From the NCBI GenBank assembly GCA_964016885.1, contig OZ024753.1, positions 16,244,001 to 16,308,000 on the forward strand: a stretch of 64,000 nucleotides of DNA. Reading direction: 5' to 3'. Source of the DNA: Eledone cirrhosa. Lineage: Eukaryota. Position numbers and translations under genes: made by a program. Positions within the stretch are counted from its first letter, which is position 1. The number at the start of each line of letters is the position of its first letter. The notes under the pieces are model-generated. The model was not told the DNA's origin. It made no database searches and worked only from the letters and a program-made list of their open reading frames with translations. Of this stretch, positions 55,501 through 64,000 are shown in pieces.

Positions 55501-57262
55501 ACTACAACACTAACAACAGCAGTAATGACTACAACACTAACAACAGCAGTAATGACTACGACACTAACAACAGCAGTAATGACTACAACACTAACAACAG
55601 CAGTAATGACTACAACACTAACAACAGCAGTAATGACTACAACACTAACAACAGCAGTAATGACTACAACACTAACAACAGCAGTAATGACTACAACACT
55701 AACAACAGCAGTAATGACTACAACACTAACAACAGCAGTAATGACTACAACACTAACAACAGCAGTAATGACAACAACACTAACAACAGCAATAATGACT
55801 ACAACACTAACAACAGCAGTAATGACTACAACACTAACAACAGCAGTAATGACTACAACACTAACAACAGCAGTAATGACTACAACACTAACAACAGCAA
55901 TAATGACTACAACACTAACAACAGCAGTAATGACTACAACACTAACAACAGAAATAATGACTACAACACTAACAACAGCAATAATGACTACAACACTAAC
56001 AACAGCAATAATGACTACAACACTAACAACAGCAGTAATGACTACAACACTAACAACAGCAGTAATGACTACAACACTAACAACAGCAATAATGACTACA
56101 ACACTAACAACAGCAGTAATGACTACAACACTAACAACAGAAATAATGACTACAACACTAACAACAGCCGTAATGACTACAACACTAACAACAGCAGTAA
56201 TGACTACAACACTAACAACAGCAATAATGACTACAACACTAACAACAGCAGTAATGACTACAACACTAACAACAGCAATAATGACTACAACACTAACAAC
56301 AGCAATAATGACTACAACACTAACAACAGCAGTAATGACTACAACACTAACAACAGCAGTAATGACTACAACACTAACAACAGCAGTAATGACTACAACA
56401 CTAACAACAGCAATAATGACTACAACACTAACAACAGCAATAATGACTACAACACTAACAACAGCAGTAATGACTACAACACTAACAACAGCAGTAATGA
56501 CTACAACACTAACAACAGCAGTAATGACTACAACACTAACAACAGCAATAATGACTACAACACTAACAACAGCAATTATGACTACAACACTAACAACAGC
56601 AGTAATGACTACAACACTAACAACAGCAGTAATGACTACAACACTAACAACAGCAGTAATGACTACAACACTAACAACAGCAATAATGACTACAACACTA
56701 ACAACAGCAATAATGACTACAACACTAACAACAGCAGTAATGACTACAACACTAACAACAGCAGTAATGACTACAACACTAACAACAGCAGTAATGACTA
56801 CAACACTAACAACAGAAGTAATGACTACAACACTAACAACAGCAATAATGACTACAACACTAACAACAGCAATAATGACTACAACACTAACAACAGCAGT
56901 AATGACTACAACACTAACAACAGCAGTAATGACTACAACACTAACAACAGCAGTAATGACTACAACACTAACAACAGAAGTAATGACTACAACACTAACA
57001 ACAGCAGTAATGACTACAACACTAACAACAGCAGTAATGACTACAACACTAACAACAGCAGTAATGACTACAACACTAACAACAGCAGTAATGACTACAA
57101 CACTAACAACAGCAATAATGACTACAACACTAACAACAGCAGTAATGACTACAACACTAACAACAGAAGTAATGACTACAACACTAACAACAGAAGTAAT
57201 GACTACAACACTAACAACAGCAGTAATGACTACAACAATAATGACAGTAATAATAATAATAA
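43505..57262. repeat. 27-bp minisatellite ACAACAGCAGTAATGACTACAACACTA, ~510 copies
   Basis: Direct reading; indels are multiples of 3 nt; continuous with the (AAT)n tail of the SINE at 57262-57478. Confidence 0.98.
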
Positions 57263-57478
57263 TTGTTTCTACTTTAGGCACAAGGCCAGCAATTTAAAGG
57301 GGAGAGGAAAGTTGATTAAATCGACCCCAGGGCATTGCTGGTACTTTATTTTATCGAACCTATTAGGATGAAAGGCAAAGCTAACCTCAGAGAGATTTGA
57401 ACTCAGAACGTAAAGGGCCATAACTCTGCCACAAGGCATGGTGTCTGACCCTCTACCAACACTGCCAATCCACCACCC
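57262..57478 (-). mobile_element. SINE family A, full length
   Basis: Homologous to 9784-9967 and 36353-36536, with an extra GGGGAGAGGAAAGTTGATTAAATCGACCCCAG segment. Confidence 0.85.
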
Positions 57479-57592
57479 TTCAAATAATAATAACAACAAT
57501 CACAATGACTAAAGTAGTTTATTTAGAAATCAATAATAAATTCAGAAGTTTATTATTGATTTTTCTCATAACCTGAATATTATTATTATTAT

Positions 57593-57715
57593 TAAAGTAC
57601 CAGTTACACACTGGAGTCGATTTAATCAACTTTCCTCTCTCCCCAAATTACTAGTCTTGTCGAGCATTGGACATGATTTGTGGCATATAGTTACATCCCT
57701 TTATATTCTGAGTTC
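57593..57715 (+). mobile_element. SINE family A rearranged fragments
   Basis: AAAGTACCAGTT...GTCGATTTAATCAACTTTCC..CCAAATTACTAG, followed by a head-like segment ending TTCTGAGTTC. Confidence 0.55.
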
Positions 57716-57775
57716 CAGTAAATATTCCCAGTAAAATAGTAGAATATACACACCTATATCATGATCATATATATA

Positions 57776-57937
57776 TCATCATCATCATCGATTAACGACC
57801 TATCTTCCACACTAGCATGGGTTAGACAGGTCCTATTTTGAAGCAAGTTATGTTGGGTGACCGGGTCTCGCTTAAAATAGGAGTATTTCTGGCTGGTTTT
57901 CTACGGCTGGATGCCCTTCCTAACGCCAACCACATTT
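57776..57937 (-). mobile_element. SINE/RTE 3' fragment with Nin-like block and (GAT)n tail
   Basis: TTTTCTACGGCTGGATGCCCTTCCTAACGCCAACC; CTAGCATGGGTTAGAC; (CAT)n. Confidence 0.7.
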
Positions 57938-58371
57938 ATATATATATATATAAATTTGAGCGACTTCCGTCTGTCCGTCCATCTGGCACTCAATGAGGCA
58001 AGAAGGGGTGATGACGTGATACACTAGAGATGACTGAGGAAGGAAGGGGTGGTGACAAACTACAGAAAACAATGTCTAACATTCACTACATTTGTGTGTA
58101 TATGTATGTGTGTAAAAGGAAGGAAGGGGATGGTGAAAAAACTATAGCAAAATAGCAGCTGGTGTTCCATTTGCTACACTGTGCGTTTGTGTAAATGTAT
58201 GTGTGTTTGTGTGAATGTATGTCTGCGAGTGTATTTTTGTAAGCGTGTCTGTGTTTGCATGTTTATATTTATATACTCATACATATAAATGTATGCATAT
58301 GTATATACACACATGCACACACATATGTGTCAGTTTGTTGAAAAAAATTCTAGTATATATAAATCAGTGAG

Positions 58372-58645
58372 ACCAGCCAAGCTCATGGATGTTATCCAAC
58401 CACCTTGCTTGGGGTCTACCCCTTGGTCTCCTGCTGGGTGGTTATGCCTGTCAAATCTGTCCAACGATTCTTTCCTGAGACATTCTAATCACATACTAGT
58501 AGTATCACAGCTCTGATCTCTCAATTCATAGAAGTACCTGGAGTGACCCTCTGATCTTTCAAGAGACACACTTTATCAAATAACATTACTCTAAAAACCT
58601 TTCAGAGAAATCCCAATTCGGCTGCTTGTATTCGCAATCATATCC
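58372..58645 (-). mobile_element. RTE-clade LINE ORF fragment (different subfamily)
   Basis: Minus motifs RIQAAELGFL, LFDKV, IERSEL, RMSQERI, RRPRGRPQARWLDNI. Confidence 0.7.
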
Positions 58646-58750
58646 TTATATATGTGTGAGTCCTGAATTCAATAGGGGGTGACCACAGTTAGTAAGGTAC
58701 TCAATACATTAGAAGAGTGTAAACATCATGTTTCATATCTAAATATATAG

Positions 58751-58799
<49 letters not shown>

Positions 58800-58802
<3 letters not shown>

Positions 58803-59047
58803 TCATCATCAACGTTTAACGTCCGTGTTCCACGCTTGCATGGGTTTGGACGGGGGTAGTCCCACTTGAGGCAAGAGTGATTGTCTTGCTCGCATAGGAC
58901 TGTCTGGCAGGTTTTCTACAGTTGGATGCCCTTCCTAACACCAACCACATTTACAGTGTGGGTCTGGGAGGTTTTTACCGTGTTGCCTACACGGCCACAT
59001 TACAGCGTCGACTGTGTGTTTTTTTGTCGTGACACCTACACGATCTC

Positions 59048-59050
<3 letters not shown>
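58800..59050 (-). mobile_element. SINE/RTE 3' fragment with Nin-like block, between (TA)n tracts
   Basis: Homologous to 38085-38310. Confidence 0.75.
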
Positions 59051-59122
<72 letters not shown>

Positions 59123-59125
<3 letters not shown>

Positions 59126-59468
59126 CACATGGCTTAGTGGTTAGAGCATTGGCCTTGCAATCGAAAGGTTGTGAGTTCAATTCTCAGACCGGGTGGTATG
59201 TTGTTTCCTTGAGCAAGACACTTTATTTCACATTGCTCCAGTTTACTCAGCTGTAGAAATGAGATGATAGGGACTGAGGTCCTTATCATTCCACTGCAAA
59301 GTGGTCGTGTAGGTGCCACGGCAAAAAAGCACCCACCACTCACTGTAAATGAGGTTGGTGTTAGGAAGGGCATCCAGCTGTAGAAATCAAGCCAGAATCA
59401 GTTCCCGTCCCACCCTTGCAAGCAGGGAAAAGCGGACGTAAAATGAAATGATGATGCTGATGAAATGA
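59123..59468 (+). mobile_element. SINE family B, full length, in (TA)n
   Basis: GGCACATGGCTTAGTGGTTAGAGC...GAGTTCAATTCT...; homologue of 30119-30500. Confidence 0.87.
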
Positions 59469-59628
59469 TATATATATATATGTATGTGTGTGTGTCTATA
59501 TATATATATATATATAAAGAGAAAATGAAATGAATGAATGAATGAAATCAAGCCAGAATCAGTTCCCGTCCCACCCTTGCAAGTAGGGAAAAGCGGACGT
59601 AAAATGAAATGATGATGCTGATGAAATG

Positions 59629-59726
<98 letters not shown>

Positions 59727-59827
59727 AGAAAATGAAATGAATGAATGAATGAAATCAAGCCAGAATCAGTTCCCGTCCCACCCTTGCAAGTAGGGAAAAG
59801 CGGACGTAAAATGATGATGATGATGAT
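59384..59827 (+). repeat. Tandem triplication of SINE B 3' end plus flank
   Basis: GAAATCAAGCCAGAATCAGTTCCCGTCCCACCCTTGCAAG.AGGGAAAAGCGGACGTAAAATG at ~59383, ~59544 and ~59751. Confidence 0.85.
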
Positions 59828-59852
59828 ATATATGTATATAAATATATACAAA

Positions 59853-59891
<39 letters not shown>

Positions 59892-60062
59892 GATAACAAA
59901 ATATCGTTATAGGTAATCCAGTTAGAGGTTGTGAATACTTCTTATTATGGATAGTTTTAGCGTGCGACATTGTTTGACTCAATAAGAGAAATAATTGTTA
60001 GACTGTAAATAAAACCCTTTTTTGTACTGTTGACCATGTTATTCTTCACTTTTTCAATTACT

Positions 60063-60123
<61 letters not shown>

Positions 60124-60357
60124 AAAGTAAGTCCATAAAATCATTAGATAAAATATATACAGAATTTCTTCTCCCAATCAGCATAAATCAACCACATAAA
60201 AAATCATTTAAACGAGGCTATAAGTTTAAAATATACTTATGAAGAAACAATAGATAAATGATATAGTTTTTTATCCGCGACTAACAGCTATAGAAAATTT
60301 ACCGTGTATTTCTGATAGCCTGTAGAAATTGACTAGATATATTTATATATATATATA

Positions 60358-60919
60358 TGCTGTGTGCAGGAGAGGCGGATGCGTTGGTATGGACATGTGA
60401 TGCGTATGAAGGATGACAGCTGCATAAAAAGGTGCAGAGCACTAGAAGTCGATGGAAACCGCGGAGTGGGGAGACACAAGATGACCTGGGATGAGGTGAT
60501 AAAAGCCGACCTTACCCAATTACACCTCTCAAAGGCAATGACACATGACCGTGACCTCTGGCGTCCCGCAGTAATACAGAGTACCCTACCTCCCATGAGT
60601 ACAAAGCCGAAGCTGAAGCATATAGACAATGTGCCCCCACACCCTCCCACTGCAAGGTGGTCGTGGAGGTGCCACGGCAAAAAAGCACCCAGCCCACACT
60701 GTAAAGTGGACGTGTAGGCGCCACGGAAAAAAGCACCCAGCACTCACTGTAAATGAGGTTGCTGTTAGGAAGGGCATCCAGCTGTAGAAATCAAGCCTGA
60801 ATCAGTTCCCGTATGAGCAAGACAAGGTCAGCCGACCAGACACTGCCCACAACAGGACAACCCGTCTAACCCATGCTAACGTGGAAGAACGAACGTAAAA
60901 CGGTGATGATGATGATGAT
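60358..60919 (+). mobile_element. RTE-derived element, 5'-truncated (ORF C-terminus plus SINE-B-like body and RTE tail)
   Basis: QERRMRWYGHVMRMKDDSCIKRCRALEVDGNRGVGRHKMTWDEVIKADL...DRDLWR; (GAT)n tail. Confidence 0.88.
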
Positions 60920-61000
60920 TTATATGTATGCATATATATATAAGAAAATTAGGGTTTTTTGGGGGTTTTTTTAAAACCTATGTCCTACATGGGTGAAAGT

Positions 61001-61260
61001 ATAAGGAAAAATTGAAAATGCAACTGGTGTCTTAAGAATATTTATTTATTTACTGGTTTCACAGTTCTTATGATTTTCAAAAGTAAAATTGAGATGAGGG
61101 TTGGTGCTTCTATTGTGGTTTGTCTCGAGACAAACTACAATAGAAACACCAACCCTCCATCTCAATTTTACTTTTGAAAATCATAAGAACTGTGAAACCA
61201 GTAAATAAATAAATATTCTTAAAAGACTCCAGTTGTATTTTCAATTTTTTTTCTTTTTAT
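61001..61260. mobile_element. Foldback element 6: spacer-less ~260-bp palindrome centred on TGTCTCGAGACA, with degenerate hammerhead-like motif
   Basis: Arms 61001-61126 and 61127-61260; uUGAAaA U CA..UG U GAAA CCAG UA at ~61174-61203. Confidence 0.75.
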
Positions 61261-61405
61261 ATATATATATATATGTAGATAAATCTACCAAAATATACGG
61301 TAGTGTCCAATCCGTATGAAGAACTCAATGTAATCCAAATATCATGAAAAGAGAAGATGTATTCAAAAATCTTTTCCATGAAAATCACAGGAAAACAGAG
61401 TCAAG

Positions 61406-61725
61406 ATAAATTAATAAAAACATTGAATAAAAACAAAGAAACAGTTCCTTATATTAAAAAATTCATCATTTTACAATTGTTTCTAGGATATATATGTGTG
61501 TTGGTATGTATATCATATAGATCTATGTAAAAATTTTACAAACTATCAGAGGAAATATACATTAGGTATGTATATTTCCTCTGATAGTTTGTAAAATGTT
61601 TACATAGATCTACATGATATACATACCAACACACATATATATCCTAGAAACGATCGTAAAATGATGAATTTTTTAATATAAGGAACTGTTTCTTTGTTTT
61701 TATTCATTGTTTTTATTAATTTATA
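61406..61725. mobile_element. Foldback element 7 (arms ~157 bp, 5-nt spacer), partial hammerhead motif
   Basis: 61406-61562 versus 61568-61725; CUGA-UAG...CUA GAAA CGAUCG UA (61581-61658), with palindromic stem III. Confidence 0.75.
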
Positions 61726-61726
61726 T

Positions 61727-62578
61727 ATATTTATTAAAATAACAGATTAAAGTTTAAGCAAAGAATCGCTGCTTTCACCCTTAATGGGATCTTCTGAAAC
61801 TAACAAAGTCAATCTGTGAATGCAGAAGTGAATATTTCAAAAAAACGTTGCAACCGGAGGAAGACAGGAAGACGATACTTTGGTTCGTGGAACATTTGTG
61901 TATTTACATGTAGGTATGTGTGTGCGCTTGTTATATACGTATTTATTTATTTATATACGCTTATTTAATTATTTGTATACACGCACATACACACACACAT
62001 TTATATGTGCGTGTATTTGTATACCTATGTATGCTTGTGTATGTACGTATATGGATGCGTGTATGTATTTATTTAATTTCAATTGCCTCTGTATTTTATT
62101 TACTTTATTCTTAACTCTGAAGCCGAGAATCATTCGGTTTCCTAGTTAGAATTTTAATCTACGACTTCAGTTATACCATTTACGTGGTTTTGTCTTGGCG
62201 TGCAATTGTTCTCCACGCTCCACATATGACGTATTATCTTCGTTTTTTCCGTTCATTGCCAGAGAACATCTCTATGAATCACCTAATAGAATATTAGTCT
62301 ACGACCTCTTTTATACCATAAACGTGGTTTTGTCTTTGCGTGTAATTGTTTTTCACCGCTCCAAATAATGACGTATTATATTCGTTTTTCCCCGTTCTTT
62401 GCCAGGGAACATTTCCACGAACCAAAGTATCGTCTTCCTGTCTTCCTCCGGTTGCAACGTTTTTTGAAATATTCACTTCTGCGTTCACAGATTGACTTTG
62501 TTAGTTTCAGAAGATCCCGTTAAGGGTGAAAGCAGCGATTCTTTGCTTAAACTTTAATCTGTTATTTTAATAAATATT
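61727..62578. mobile_element. Foldback element 8 (arms 61727-61891 and 62414-62578) with hammerhead folds at 61751-61801 (-) and 62503-62553 (+)
   Basis: AGUUU CAGAAGA U CCC GUUAA GGG U GAAA GCA..UGC UU / AAACU: all three stems pair; core U4A in both arms. The spacer includes a diverged ~140-bp tandem duplication. Confidence 0.78.
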
Positions 62579-62689
62579 TGCTCTATGGTTCTTATATATT
62601 TGATATATATTTATCCTTATCGAGCCCTCTTTGGATTTTAGTCTTCAAATTTATTAATATTACTATATATATATATATATATATATAAG

Positions 62690-63333
62690 CCTGCATGCTC
62701 CGATGGATGTGTAACAATAATATACGTGAACGACAAAGCATAAATGAATTGAGAGAGAGACTGAGCATAAGAGGAATCAAATGCTGTGTGTAGGAGAGGC
62801 GGTTGCGCTGGTATGGACATGTGATGCGTATGAAGGATGATAGCTGCATAAAAAGGTGCAGAGCACTAGAAGTTGATGGAAGCCGCGGAGTGGGGAGACC
62901 CAAGATGACCTGGGATGAGGTGATAAAAGCCGACCTTACCCAATTACACCTCTCAAAGACAATGACACACGACCGTGACCTCTGGTGTCCCGCAGTAATA
63001 CAGAGTACCCGACCTCCCATGGGTACAAGCTGAAGCATATAGACAATATGCCCCCACACCGCAAGGTGGTCGTGGAGGTGCCACGGAAAAAAAGCACCCA
63101 GCCCACACTGTAAAGTGGACGTGTAGGCGCCACGGAAAAAAGTACCCAGTACTCACTGTAAATGAGGTTGGTGTTAGGAAGGGCATCCAGCTGTAGAAAC
63201 CAAGCCAAATCAGTTCCTGTATGAGCAAGGCATGGTCAGCCGACCAGACACTGCCCACAACAGGACAACCCGTCTAACCCATGCTAGCGTGGAAGAACGG
63301 ACGTAAAACGGTGATGATGATGATGATGATGAT
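62690..63333 (+). mobile_element. RTE-derived element, 5'-truncated, same family as 60358-60919
   Basis: MLRWMCNNNIRERQSINELRERLSIRGIKCCV*ERRLRWYGHVMRMKDDSCIKRC...; shared 3' region and (GAT)n tail. Confidence 0.88.
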
Positions 63334-63714
63334 ATATATATATATTAGTGCAAATAGCAATACAAGAATTTCAAATGAACAAAAGCAGAAGTCTTTTACA
63401 AAATTTCTGTCATTCTTGCTTTCGTTGGGGACATTAATGATTTATCTATTTCAGTTTGGGTGAAGACATCGTAATAGTAATCCATTCTTTAAACTCTTAT
63501 TACACAGCACCTGTCCTTTTTTTAAAAACAATCAGATTTCAAATACTGGAGATTATAATAAAATAAACTATCTTCATGAAAATTTTACATTATTCTGTTA
63601 ACCTTCTTGTTACCCAACCAAAACCAGCCTTGGCTTTAGAATGCAAACATATTTTAAAGTATTTATATATAGCTACAACCCTTCCAATAAATTCTATGTA
63701 AGAAACTTTCTTAA

Positions 63715-63932
63715 CCCTTTGGCATTTAAACCAGCCATATTCGGCCAAAATTCTCTCTCCTCTTTCTGTTCAAACTAACTATAACTAGCCACTTATACTG
63801 ACGTTAAGGTATTGTACTCAAAATAAATATGAAAATCTCATAGATTCGATAGTATACAAGATAATTATGTGAGGTAAAGTATTTACCACAAAAATACAAA
63901 AGTATATATAGAGTAATGTAACGGCTAAAGGG
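63715..63932. mobile_element. piggyBac-type MITE
   Basis: TTAA at 63711-63714 and 63933-63936; terminal inverted repeats CCCTTTGGC / GCTAAAGGG; 218 bp, non-coding. Confidence 0.75.
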
Positions 63933-64000
63933 TTAAATTATGTTCGAAACACCAACTTAATAATCAACTCTTCTTCTTGAGTCATTGCTCTATCAAAGGT

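Noticed and set aside
63598-63615. Additional piggyBac-like ends (TTAACCTTCTTGTTACC; AAAGGGTTAA at 30534)
   Set aside because: Unpaired within the window.

Overview
Eukaryotic, AT-rich, repeat-dominated DNA with no host protein-coding gene that I can support. The SINE families, RTE LINE remnants and (TA)n/(CA)n context resemble an octopod cephalopod genome; this is inferred from remembered repeat families, not from a search. About 44 of 64 kb are tandem arrays: a trinucleotide-derived array (1-8.7 kb), a 15/17-bp array (13.1-25.9 kb), ~37-bp, 58-bp, ~36-bp and 94-bp arrays, a compound microsatellite, and a 27-bp array (43.5-57.3 kb). All giant ORFs in the track are artefacts of these arrays. 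Between the arrays lie tRNA-derived SINEs, RTE-clade LINE 3' fragments, a piggyBac-type MITE and a split Penelope-type GIY-YIG endonuclease remnant. The most interesting signal is at least 8 foldback (inverted-repeat) elements, mostly next to (TA)n tracts and belonging to several sequence-unrelated families. Most carry type I hammerhead-ribozyme folds, often on both arms, and several share a U-U pair at the base of stem II. This points to a diverse Penelope pseudo-LTR / retrozyme-like system. Two arrays can be traced to retroelement seeds: the 13.8-kb 27-mer array grows out of a SINE tail, and the 94-bp array out of an RTE ORF end.
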